Part shown: positions 53,368-62,152 of the stretch, piece by piece | Numbering within the stretch: position 1 is the stretch's first letter | Layout: every line of letters begins with the position of its first letter | Virus record (IMG/VR): IMGVR_UViG_3300025425_000002 | Reading direction: 5' to 3' (one strand) | From: a virus | DNA length: 64,000 nt | Position numbers and translations under genes: made by a program | The notes under the pieces: generated by a model | Databases searched by the model: none | Told to the model about the DNA's origin: nothing | The model's input: only the letters and a program-made list of their open reading frames with translations

Positions 53368-53556
53368 CTTTACAAAGTGAAAACAGAACGCCTAAACCTA
53401 AGAGTAACCCCTGAGCTAAAAGCCGAAGTGGAGAAACTCGCACTCAGTAACGACTGCTCGGTATCTAAGTATGTGGCATGGGCTGTAATAGATAAGATTA
53501 ACAGGGATAAGGAGGCTAAGCAGTCCGAAGACGACGAATGGTTAAACGGGCAGTAA
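53359..53556 (+). CDS. ribbon-helix-helix (CopG/Arc-like) DNA-binding protein (65 aa from the ATG)
   Basis: TERLNLRVTPELKAEVEKLALSNDCSVSKYVAWAV is a typical RHH beta-alpha-alpha. The upstream part of the track ORF (from 53233) lies in the repeat region. Confidence 0.7.
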   Translation: MSYLYKVKTERLNLRVTPELKAEVEKLALSNDCSVSKYVAWAVIDKINRDKEAKQSEDDEWLNGQ

Positions 53557-53573
53557 ACCAAATAGATAAAAAT

Positions 53574-54101
53574 ATGAAAACAATAAACTTTAAAGACAAA
53601 CAATACCCCGCATTGCAAGCCGAAGGATTCGCTAGTCAGTATGCCTTTCTGTTCGCTAATACCTTATTAACCGGATTTGGTGTGGACATCGGGTACGGTA
53701 AGCCTGAATGGAAGTTGCCCAAAGCGGTCGGTATTGAATTTGGAAAGTGGATGCCCGATGATAGGCACGAATGGATAGAATCCGACGTAAGCGCGACTAA
53801 CTTCAACTGTGACCCGCTAGACTATTTATTTTCTTCGCACTGCTTAGAACATCTTGCGGATTGGGTTGGTGTGTTGGACTATTGGGGAGAGAAGTTGAAG
53901 TCGGGAGGTGTCATGTTCTTGTACCTACCCAATGCGGATTACCAAGAGTACTGGCGGCCTATGTATAATCGTAAGCACGTAAATTGGCTCACGCCGCACA
54001 TGTTAGAAGCCTATTTCAAAGGGCGGTCTTACACAAATATTTTTGTTACGCAAGGGTATGACTTGAACGGGTCTTTTTACGCGGTAGCTGAAAGGGTATA
54101 G
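53574..54101 (+). CDS. class I SAM-dependent methyltransferase
   Basis: GVDIGYG (motif I-like), DYLFSSHCLEHL, LKSGGVMFLYLP. The start could instead be 53538, which overlaps the RHH gene. Confidence 0.6.
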   Translation: MKTINFKDKQYPALQAEGFASQYAFLFANTLLTGFGVDIGYGKPEWKLPKAVGIEFGKWMPDDRHEWIESDVSATNFNCDPLDYLFSSHCLEHLADWVGVLDYWGEKLKSGGVMFLYLPNADYQEYWRPMYNRKHVNWLTPHMLEAYFKGRSYTNIFVTQGYDLNGSFYAVAERV

Positions 54102-54104
54102 ATT

Positions 54105-55439
54105 ATGAACATAGGTCTGCTCATAACGACCCACAACCGCCCAGAGTATTTAGCCCGAACGCTAGAGAGTTTAAGCAGGGCTGACTTGTGCGGGGCAGAG
54201 ATTCTGATCGTAGATGACTTTAGTACCAACAGAGAAACGCTTCGCATGTTGAAGGGTCGCATGGTAACAAGGCTTCCTAGGAACATGGGCGTTAGGCATG
54301 CCCTATGCATAGGGTTTGACAGACTTCTCAGCAGGGGGCATGATGTGCTGGTGAACTTGGATTCGGATGCTGTGGTAAGGGCTGACTTTCTAGTAACGCT
54401 CTTGGCTCTGTATGAACAGTTTCCAGATCATATTATTTCGGGGTTCAATACCCTAACCCCTTCTGCCCGTACAGGACAGCCGAGGCACCCTATCCTATCT
54501 TGGCACGAAGGGTATGTGCGAAAGCATTCCATCGGGGGGTTGAATATGTTACTCTCCGCTCAAACGTATCAGGACATTGTACGGCCAGCCCTGATAGAAT
54601 CACAAAGCACAAAAAAGGATTGGGATCGGATTGCTTGCAGGATGAGCGCAGAGCAAGGCAAGGATATAATTGTGGCAAGCCCATCGGTGGTGCAGCACAT
54701 TGGGTTCACCTCTGCGATGGGGCATGCTGATAACCCCGATGTGGCGGATGACTTTGTGGACGAGTACAAGCAGAAGATGTGCGTACTGCAGCCACATGGC
54801 TTGGGGGATATTATATTTTGTCAGACCTTGGTGCGCTCCTTCATGGCCGAGTATGAGATTACGTGGGCGGTGCATCCCGATTGGGTAGAAGGGTTAAGCG
54901 GGGCATACCCTGACATTAATTGGGTTACGGTCAGTCCTGTTAGCTTAGAGGTCAAAGAGGATAAGTATGTTAATGGGTATCACACCTTACCTATTCGGTG
55001 GAGCGATACCATCATGAAAGTCCCCTACCGCTCGGTGATGGGTGCTAAGTACGGTATGTACGGGCAAGACTACCTCTCATGGACGGATCAAGCGATGTGG
55101 GTCAGGAACAAAGCTAAAGAGGATGAGCTGTTTGAACTGCTCGGCTTAACCGGTAAGGAGTACGTATTGAAGAACACACACTTCAGCGGCGGAGAGATAG
55201 CGATAGCGATAGCAATAGGGGTTCAGGGCGTAGCGATGAGGCAGATTGACGGGTTCAGCTTGTTTGACTGGGCTAAAGTGCTAGAGAACGCCAAAGAGAT
55301 TCACACGGTAAGCACCTCCCTACTATTCGTATTGGGGCTGCTGTCTACGGGGCCTGTTTATGTTTACACCAGAGGCACTAATAAAAAGCATGATGAGTAT
55401 GACTATCTGTTTACGCCCGGCAGGTTTAACTTTCAGTAA
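54105..55439 (+). CDS. two-domain glycosyltransferase (N-terminal GT2-like; C-terminal GT9/heptosyltransferase-like)
   Basis: LLITTHNRPEYLARTLESL...EILIVDDFS (GT-A/GT2 N-terminus). The second half starts VLQPHGLGDIIFCQTLV, which is GT9-like. Confidence 0.65.
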   Translation: MNIGLLITTHNRPEYLARTLESLSRADLCGAEILIVDDFSTNRETLRMLKGRMVTRLPRNMGVRHALCIGFDRLLSRGHDVLVNLDSDAVVRADFLVTLLALYEQFPDHIISGFNTLTPSARTGQPRHPILSWHEGYVRKHSIGGLNMLLSAQTYQDIVRPALIESQSTKKDWDRIACRMSAEQGKDIIVASPSVVQHIGFTSAMGHADNPDVADDFVDEYKQKMCVLQPHGLGDIIFCQTLVRSFMAEYEITWAVHPDWVEGLSGAYPDINWVTVSPVSLEVKEDKYVNGYHTLPIRWSDTIMKVPYRSVMGAKYGMYGQDYLSWTDQAMWVRNKAKEDELFELLGLTGKEYVLKNTHFSGGEIAIAIAIGVQGVAMRQIDGFSLFDWAKVLENAKEIHTVSTSLLFVLGLLSTGPVYVYTRGTNKKHDEYDYLFTPGRFNFQ

Positions 55440-55992
55440 CGCCGCAGTCCCTATTCGGAGCAAACACAACCGGAATAGGGACGAACGTAAGCCTTACCTT
55501 GCACGCCACATTTCTTATCCAGTGGTAATCTGCTGCGCCTACGGAGCCATCGAAGTCAACTAGGGGGGCGTACCGTGCGTGGAGGAACAGGCAAGGCATA
55601 CCTATTTTGCCTCTGACTATACGCTTGTTCTGGATGTAGTGCGTAGGTGGTTTAAGCCTGCCCCCTCGTGAGAATTGGCAGATTACGCCATTTGAGTTCT
55701 TGAGGTGCTTGGATAATAGAGGTAGCGAATTTGGGATGATCGTATCCCCCTCATCCAAGAACGCAAAATACCCTTCGGTGACTAATGCTTTGAGGTCGTT
55801 GCAGTAGTTATCATAGAAGAAAGGTATAGGAGACTTATAAACACGAATCTTTTGAATAGGAGCGGGTATGTAGCTCAAAGCCCGCTCATCATCATACGAG
55901 CAGATAACGGTTACGTTAGGTGGGATTGATGCTAGTGTGCGTTTGAATCCTTCTGGTCTGTAACTGCACCTTATTAATAGAGTTATTTGCAT
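55426..55992 (-). CDS. GT2-like glycosyltransferase (188 aa), opposite strand
   Basis: MQITLLIRCSYRPEGFKRTLASI...YDDERA is GT-A-like. Its 3' end overlaps the upstream GT gene by 14 nt (convergent). Confidence 0.55.
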   Translation of the reverse strand: MQITLLIRCSYRPEGFKRTLASIPPNVTVICSYDDERALSYIPAPIQKIRVYKSPIPFFYDNYCNDLKALVTEGYFAFLDEGDTIIPNSLPLLSKHLKNSNGVICQFSRGGRLKPPTHYIQNKRIVRGKIGMPCLFLHARYAPLVDFDGSVGAADYHWIRNVACKVRLTFVPIPVVFAPNRDCGVTES

Positions 55993-56048
55993 AATTCAGT
56001 AAATATAATTAGTTTTGACATATAAAGGTGTCAAACCACATAGGAAAT

Positions 56049-56744
56049 ATGAATGTAGTAATCCCCCTTACAAAATCGAAAACGGACTTCTTAGACTTGC
56101 GCTATGTATTAAGAGCGATAGAACGTCACGGGCAGAACGTAGGCGAGATTTTCATCATTGGGGAGAGACCGCAGTGGATTAAAAATGTTAAGCATATTCA
56201 ACAAGAAGATAACCCAAGAAAGGAATGGAAAGAGCGGAATATTTACCTCAAAGCTAAAGCAGCGTTTGACTTTACTGACCGCTATTTATTTATGAATGAC
56301 GACCATGTATTACTAGCTGATACAGATTTGGAAAATTACCCAAACTACTACAAAGGTACGTGCTATCAAAGTATGTTGAAGAACAGTTCGCATTACAGGC
56401 AGACGATGAACCAAACTAAGAAATGGTTAGATTTCAACCACTACCAAGATAGGAGCTTCGACGGGCACTGCCCCTTGATTATGGAGAAACGTCGGTTCTT
56501 GAGTACTATGCAGAGAGCAGATTGGACTCAAGAGTTTGGCTACGGAATGAAGTCACTCTACTGCGCAGGACTTGAGGGGGAGTATATGCTTGACGGGAAG
56601 ATAAGTACAAGAGTAGGTTTGGCTAAGGCGAAGCAGGCTTGCAGCGGCAGACACGTAATCAGTTTTACCGATGCTGCGTTACTGTCAGGACTAGGTGAGC
56701 ATTTCGCTGATATATTTAAAGAGAAGAGTAGGTATGAAATTTGA
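56049..56744 (+). CDS. putative sugar/phosphosugar transferase (231 aa from the ATG)
   Basis: MNVVIPLTKSK...IFIIGE...RYLFMNDDHVLL (DD-type motif). The track start is a GTG at 56028. The function is tentative. Confidence 0.4.
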   Translation: MNVVIPLTKSKTDFLDLRYVLRAIERHGQNVGEIFIIGERPQWIKNVKHIQQEDNPRKEWKERNIYLKAKAAFDFTDRYLFMNDDHVLLADTDLENYPNYYKGTCYQSMLKNSSHYRQTMNQTKKWLDFNHYQDRSFDGHCPLIMEKRRFLSTMQRADWTQEFGYGMKSLYCAGLEGEYMLDGKISTRVGLAKAKQACSGRHVISFTDAALLSGLGEHFADIFKEKSRYEI

Positions 56745-56824
56745 GGAGAATTACTGCCCATTAAACGGGCTTGGTTATTGTTGGGTAATTGGTGAATTTA
56801 TAGAGGAAACAAACTAAAAATAAT

Positions 56825-57022
56825 ATGCTAGATAAAATTAAAGCTCAAGAAGCCCTAATTAGTATGTACAAAGAGTATGTGCGATTGTTAGGAGACGAAC
56901 TTAATGAATTAACCCCCTTAGCACACGTCCATGGATGGAAAAGCCACAGGGCTGAGGATGGGCAACTGTTAAGAACTAAGATTCAAAATGCAGAAAGTAC
57001 ACTGTTTAAAACCAAAAAATAA
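56825..57022 (+). CDS. hypothetical helical protein (65 aa)
   Basis: ATG start. Shares its start context AATAATATGCTAGATAAA (MLDK) with the next gene. Confidence 0.5.
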   Translation: MLDKIKAQEALISMYKEYVRLLGDELNELTPLAHVHGWKSHRAEDGQLLRTKIQNAESTLFKTKK

Positions 57023-57023
57023 T

Positions 57024-57284
57024 ATGCTAGATAAACTAAAACCAGCCGCAGGGAGAGTGGTAGTGTTGCCCGATGCGGCAGCAGATAAAACGCAAAGCGG
57101 TATTTTTATACCTGAGATTGGAAAGCAACCCCCTTCAAGCGGAGTGGTTACTCACGTTGCCGAAGGTGACACGCTCTATAAAGTAGGTGACCATGTGCTG
57201 TTCGTTAAGAACGCAGGAGTTGAACTGACTTCTACCCCAGTGCATTTCTTGATGCGAGAAGACGATATTTACGCTACAATTTAA
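57024..57284 (+). CDS. groES: GroES/Cpn10-like co-chaperonin (86 aa from MLDKLKP)
   Basis: LKPAAGRVVVLPD...KTQSGIFIP...GVVTHVAEGD..KVGDHVLF....DDIYATI follows the GroES pattern end to end. Confidence 0.8.
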   Translation: MLDKLKPAAGRVVVLPDAAADKTQSGIFIPEIGKQPPSSGVVTHVAEGDTLYKVGDHVLFVKNAGVELTSTPVHFLMREDDIYATI

Positions 57285-57290
57285 ATAGTT

Positions 57291-57908
57291 ATGCAATTAA
57301 ACGCAAACATCCCCTACGTGAGGGCTTTTGTTAGAAACTGTTATTTATTTTCAGATAAAAATAACGAAGATTTAACGGAGTGTTACCTATTCGGTGTTAA
57401 AGCTATTATAAATAGGCCGCTTCTATTCCACGCTCAACTTGATAATGGCGCAGTATTTTGGTCACTGCCGTTAGCTGCTTTTTGTCAAAATTCAGAATTT
57501 GACAGAATTGATGCAGATGAGGGTAAAAGATTGTCTATGTTGCAATATTGGGACATGCAAGGAAACGATATTTCTGTAACCGTGTTCACTTACTTGCAAG
57601 GTTCAAATGTAGAGTGCAAAAGGAGAGATGGAAAATGTATTGCAGGGACGTATATTTTTACAATTGACGATTATTATGCCGATAATAACGCATTGCCATC
57701 GGGTTATGCCGTAGATAGCGATAGTAAGTGTTTTCACATAATCAGAGGTGAAGATGGGAACTTTTACGGCTACCCTAACAACTATTTAAAATGGCATAAT
57801 TTGAATTTTGTAGAAATACCTGATAAATTTCCAAGTTACAAGGCGATTAGTTTTACAGGGAAATCAGAGCATATAGCAGTAGAGGAGGAATTAAATGCTA
57901 CAATTTAA
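57291..57908 (+). CDS. hypothetical protein (205 aa)
   Basis: ATG start, lying between the two Cpn10-like genes. Confidence 0.55.
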   Translation: MQLNANIPYVRAFVRNCYLFSDKNNEDLTECYLFGVKAIINRPLLFHAQLDNGAVFWSLPLAAFCQNSEFDRIDADEGKRLSMLQYWDMQGNDISVTVFTYLQGSNVECKRRDGKCIAGTYIFTIDDYYADNNALPSGYAVDSDSKCFHIIRGEDGNFYGYPNNYLKWHNLNFVEIPDKFPSYKAISFTGKSEHIAVEEELNATI

Positions 57909-58137
57909 CCCCGTAAAAGGAAAAGTCTTAATCCGGAAAGATAAGATGGAGGACACCACCGCATCGGGCATACTGATAGGTAAGAGCTCGACCGGAAGGT
58001 GCGTTACTGCAGAAGTGGTATCGGGCGAAAGGGCAGGCGAGCGCATTGTCTTCACGCCCGGCATCAGCAACGCTTTTGACGTGGGCAGCGAGCAGTTGAC
58101 AGTTATTTTTGAATATGATATAATTGCTTATTTATGA
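57895..58137 (+). CDS. second GroES/Cpn10-like protein (80 aa)
   Basis: NPVKGKVLIRKD...TTASGILI...AEVVSGER..GERIVF....YDIIAYL has the same architecture as GroES but is more divergent. Confidence 0.6.
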   Translation: MLQFNPVKGKVLIRKDKMEDTTASGILIGKSSTGRCVTAEVVSGERAGERIVFTPGISNAFDVGSEQLTVIFEYDIIAYL

Positions 58138-58412
58138 AGTATAGAAAAAAACCAGTAGAAATCGAGGCTGTACAGTACCTCGGGTTTAACAAGACAGAGA
58201 TTGACGAGTTCGTAGGTAATATCCTTTCTCGAAAACTAGAAAGTGAGACTGCGTACTTAGCGGGAAAGGGGGCACCGATGTTTAGCCTTATCATTCCAAC
58301 ATTAGAAGGAGATATGAAAGCTCAGCATGGGGATTATATAATTAAAGGGGTTAAGGGGGAGTTTTACCCGTGCAAACCTGATATTTTTGTGCTTACTTAT
58401 GAAAAAGTATGA
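58134..58412 (+). CDS. small conserved phage beta-barrel-type protein (92 aa)
   Basis: KKPVEIEAVQY...GDYIIKGVKGEFYPCKPDIF..TYEKV is a pattern common in small phage proteins. I cannot name the family with confidence. Confidence 0.5.
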   Translation: MKYRKKPVEIEAVQYLGFNKTEIDEFVGNILSRKLESETAYLAGKGAPMFSLIIPTLEGDMKAQHGDYIIKGVKGEFYPCKPDIFVLTYEKV

Positions 58413-59260
58413 TAAGTATAAAAAACATAAAAATACCTTTCAGTTACGTCTTACTTAAATTAGATCGTAATTTTGAAAGCTATCAATTCGGGGGGAAGGA
58501 GACTAACATCATAGCCCCTACCTATGCGTACAAAGGCAAGGACAGAGTGGACACTAAGCATTTGAACTTGGCCACCACTGGAACTGTTTATGGCGCGCCC
58601 GACAAAATACGCTTCACAAGAGAAGACATCAAGAAAATCAAAGCCTCCATTGTCACCGAGCGTGACGGACAGAACGCTTTAGCCGATGCTTCGCTACTGT
58701 ACAAAATAAACCAATTGAAGGATGCCGGGTGCCGGTTCGAGACAGAAAACGAATTAGTAGTTGGAGACCATGTGAAAGTGGCTTACCAAGTCCACATGAA
58801 AGCACAGTTCTTCGATACGCAGGAAGGTGACATGTGTTTCGTCAAGTATGACGATATATTTATGACCACGGATGGGAAGATGGTCAATGGCTATATTCTG
58901 GTTGACCCTGAGCTTAGAGATACAGTTAAAGAGAACGGTATGAATTACGCAACCTCTGCGACTGGACTTGTTCTGCCTAAACTGGGTGAGACCTACAAAC
59001 GAAGCGCACGGTGGGCACACGGGAAAGTGGTTCACGCGGGTAAGAAAATAAGCGGATACTTCGACCAAGCAGATTACCAAGACGAAGATATTGGGGTAAC
59101 GCCTGGTGACAAGATTATATTCGACCCACGTACCGCACTGCGCTACGAGATGGATACCCACATGGCTCTGGCGGACAGACGGCTTTATCTCATCCAACGT
59201 AAAGATATTTTGTTCTTTGAGAAAGAGAATCCTAACTTTGCTTCATTATGTACGATTTAA
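58409..59260 (+). CDS. hypothetical protein (283 aa)
   Basis: ATGA-coupled. No motif recognised. Confidence 0.55.
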   Translation: MISIKNIKIPFSYVLLKLDRNFESYQFGGKETNIIAPTYAYKGKDRVDTKHLNLATTGTVYGAPDKIRFTREDIKKIKASIVTERDGQNALADASLLYKINQLKDAGCRFETENELVVGDHVKVAYQVHMKAQFFDTQEGDMCFVKYDDIFMTTDGKMVNGYILVDPELRDTVKENGMNYATSATGLVLPKLGETYKRSARWAHGKVVHAGKKISGYFDQADYQDEDIGVTPGDKIIFDPRTALRYEMDTHMALADRRLYLIQRKDILFFEKENPNFASLCTI

Positions 59261-59841
59261 GTAAGTGCTATATAGATATCAGTGCTCTTGCAATAGGCGA
59301 GAAGGTTTCGGATAAATATCCCGAAATAACATCTTTCTCCGAATTTATGGAGTGCAGTAACGACATGGTTAAAATAGCAATTCTGATAGGCGATGTTGAC
59401 AGTCCGTTCGTCCGCATCAAGGACAGAGAGGTTATGTTCAAGGCTATATTCGATTATCTAGGCCTCGACACTAAAACCCACCAATCCATGCTCGGTAAGT
59501 TAGTGGCTTACAGACATCCTCTGGTCATGGGGGCTTGGTTACGTTACATGCAGATTTTACATGAGACAGATTTCACCGATTGGAGCTTAGCTCGTAAAGA
59601 TTATGATTTCTTCCTATCTCAAACGGATGATGTGAAAATGACTAAAGAAACAGACTTGGCGTTCTATAAGCGTAAGAACGAAGCTAGAGACAGAGTACGT
59701 GAATTAGGGCAAGAAGTTAGGCGTATAGAGGCTAAGTTATTTCCTGACAGTAAGGCGGCTAGAGAAGCGGCCATAATCGCCAACAGCTTAAAAATAAAGT
59801 TGTGGGCCGAGTCCTATGCTGAGAGTAATACTTATATTTGA
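59248..59841 (+). CDS. hypothetical protein; the position suggests a small terminase subunit
   Basis: 197 aa, helical, immediately upstream of the large terminase. The call rests on position only. Confidence 0.3.
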   Translation: MYDLSKCYIDISALAIGEKVSDKYPEITSFSEFMECSNDMVKIAILIGDVDSPFVRIKDREVMFKAIFDYLGLDTKTHQSMLGKLVAYRHPLVMGAWLRYMQILHETDFTDWSLARKDYDFFLSQTDDVKMTKETDLAFYKRKNEARDRVRELGQEVRRIEAKLFPDSKAAREAAIIANSLKIKLWAESYAESNTYI

Positions 59842-59900
59842 TATAACATGTACAACACTACGGTTTGCTGGAAAGATAAAATGCCGGAGGAAATGCTAAT

Positions 59901-62102
59901 ATGATAAAGTGGAAAGATAAAATATCTAAAGACGGCAAGTACATAGATATGAGGGGGTTGCCGTATTACACCATGCGATTCGGTAAGAAGTCGGAAGTCG
60001 TAGAAGTGTACGAGTACAACACCATACTGCCCGAAGCCCCCCCTGACGACCATTGCGTAGGTTACAACCTGCCCGTAGCGCAGCAAGTATTTTACAGGAC
60101 AGAGATACCCAAGCAAGTGCGATTCCCTGAAAAAGATTATGGGAGAGAAAATTGGACGCCTAGCGAACTAGAGCCCTTCATTGACGCTGAGTGGAACAGA
60201 AGAAGGCAAGGAGTTTGGATGTTTATCAAAGGAAAGAAAACCTACATACCTGGTTTATTATACGTGAAGATGAACTATTGGAGAGCCCTAACGGGTGTCG
60301 AGTTCATCTACCGATTTTCGGATTGGGAATTTGCGGTATTCTGGTGCATTGAATGTGTACTCGACCCAAAGTGCCTAGGAATGACCGATTACAAGTGTAG
60401 GCAGGTGGGGGATACGGAATGGGCTGTACTTATTTTATGGGAGTATGGTAGCAGGGTGCGAGGAACTTTGAATGCAAATCAATCCTGCATCAATGAGGGG
60501 CATGCTGTAAAAACGTACAAACGATTAGTGTACGGGCATAAGAACATGATTTATTACTTCCGACCACTTAACCAAGGAACGGAAGATCCAAAGAAGGGGT
60601 TGAACCTAAGTTACCCTGCGCAACACATCACTTACGCAGCGGTAAAGAATCGGAACGAAGAAGGGCAGATGGGTAATAAGAGTTCTCACGACGATTACGA
60701 GTATCCAGAGGTCGGTAGCCAATTCTACTACGGACCATCCAAGGTCAGTGAGTTTGACGGTACTACGCTCGGTAGAGCCTATCTCGACGAGCATGGTAAA
60801 TCAGACGGTAAAATAAACCCTGCAGAATGGATTCAGGTTATCAGCGAAGCGTGCTACTCTAACATCACGCAGCGCAAAATGGGTATGATACTAATGACAA
60901 CTACGGTAGAAGAGATTACGCCCGAAGGTCTTGAGTGGGCGCAGACTATTTGGAGGGAAGCCGATCCCGCAGAAATGCAGAATGGTCGCACTACCAACGG
61001 CCTTAAACGGTGCTTCCGAAATGTAGTTGCCAGAGGTGAGGTTGACCAATGGGGCTTCCCTTATGCAGAAAAGATAATAGCCGGAATAAAAGATACTTAC
61101 AACGCGATGATCCGAGCAGGGAACATGAAAGGGGCAATAAGCTACCTCCGTAAAAACCCTATTGATATTGATGATGTGTTTAGGTCAGCTTCCAACGAGA
61201 GTCAATTCCACATAGAGAACTTGCAAAGAAGAGAGTTCTATCTGAGCGAAGTAGCCAATCCTAAGCCTTGGGGCAGAGGCAACTTGAAGTGGAAGGACGG
61301 CATAGCTGATACTGAGGTTATATGGGAGCCAAATTCCAAAGGTAAATGGGTCATATCGAGGCACCCGCATGACTACGAGCTAGAGACCAATAAACGGGTA
61401 ACTACTATAAGCGCAAACAAACCTGGTAACTCTAGGTATTTTTGTTGTGGCATTGACCCTATCGCTCAAAAAGACACCCTTGAAAAAGAGCCATCTAAAG
61501 GCGCAATAGTTATCATGCGTAAGATGGACAAAGATGTAGATGTTGCAGAATCGCTGTATTACCAATTCAATGACGAGATAAGAGGTATAGTGAAGGGGTC
61601 GCCCGTTAATAACGGTAGTGAGTTTGAGACGAATAGAGTTATTTGCACCTACATGGAGCGACCCTCTGACCCTGCTGAGTTTTTCGAGGACGTAATCCTT
61701 TCCGTCGTTTATTACGGCACCGATTTTCTTCCGGAGAAGAACAGCTACGGTGGGTTAAGCGCTTATCTGACTCTAAGAGGCTACAATCTTTACGAAATGG
61801 ATAAGCCGACAACTGTCAAGAACTACAAAGGGCAGTCTGAAAAAGGGGGGGTTACTGCTACGGAAGGGAGTATAAATATGTGTTTTGACTTTATAACTAC
61901 CTATACTTGTACAATGGCTAATGCGATTGACCACCCCGATTTGTTGGCGCAACTACTAACTATGAACTGGAACAACCGCGGAAAGCGAGATTTAGGTATG
62001 GCATTTGGGTGGGCTCTCTACGCCAATCTACAGAAAAAACCAAGGTGGCACGGCGATAAGCAGAAGCAGATTGTACAACATTATACAGAATATCACGTAT
62101 AA
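59901..62102 (+). CDS. terL: terminase large subunit
   Basis: KCRQVGDTEWAVLI resembles the T4 gp17 SRQLGKTT Walker A region (Asp in place of Lys). AYLDEHG is Walker B-like. Size and position before a portal-like ORF fit. Confidence 0.75.
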   Translation: MIKWKDKISKDGKYIDMRGLPYYTMRFGKKSEVVEVYEYNTILPEAPPDDHCVGYNLPVAQQVFYRTEIPKQVRFPEKDYGRENWTPSELEPFIDAEWNRRRQGVWMFIKGKKTYIPGLLYVKMNYWRALTGVEFIYRFSDWEFAVFWCIECVLDPKCLGMTDYKCRQVGDTEWAVLILWEYGSRVRGTLNANQSCINEGHAVKTYKRLVYGHKNMIYYFRPLNQGTEDPKKGLNLSYPAQHITYAAVKNRNEEGQMGNKSSHDDYEYPEVGSQFYYGPSKVSEFDGTTLGRAYLDEHGKSDGKINPAEWIQVISEACYSNITQRKMGMILMTTTVEEITPEGLEWAQTIWREADPAEMQNGRTTNGLKRCFRNVVARGEVDQWGFPYAEKIIAGIKDTYNAMIRAGNMKGAISYLRKNPIDIDDVFRSASNESQFHIENLQRREFYLSEVANPKPWGRGNLKWKDGIADTEVIWEPNSKGKWVISRHPHDYELETNKRVTTISANKPGNSRYFCCGIDPIAQKDTLEKEPSKGAIVIMRKMDKDVDVAESLYYQFNDEIRGIVKGSPVNNGSEFETNRVICTYMERPSDPAEFFEDVILSVVYYGTDFLPEKNSYGGLSAYLTLRGYNLYEMDKPTTVKNYKGQSEKGGVTATEGSINMCFDFITTYTCTMANAIDHPDLLAQLLTMNWNNRGKRDLGMAFGWALYANLQKKPRWHGDKQKQIVQHYTEYHV

Positions 62103-62152
62103 GCTATTGCATTTTAAAATTTTTACTACCTTTATAACAAAAAATTCCGTAA

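Noticed and set aside
54490-54888. Cluster of five overlapping short ORFs on both strands
   Set aside because: All lie inside the 444-aa glycosyltransferase gene. They are a by-product of locally stop-poor (GC-richer) sequence.
59848-59925. 18-codon upstream ORF and duplicated TGGAAAGATAAAAT just before the terminase start
   Set aside because: This is a short duplication with no frame relationship to terL that would suggest recoding. It is probably a trivial local repeat.
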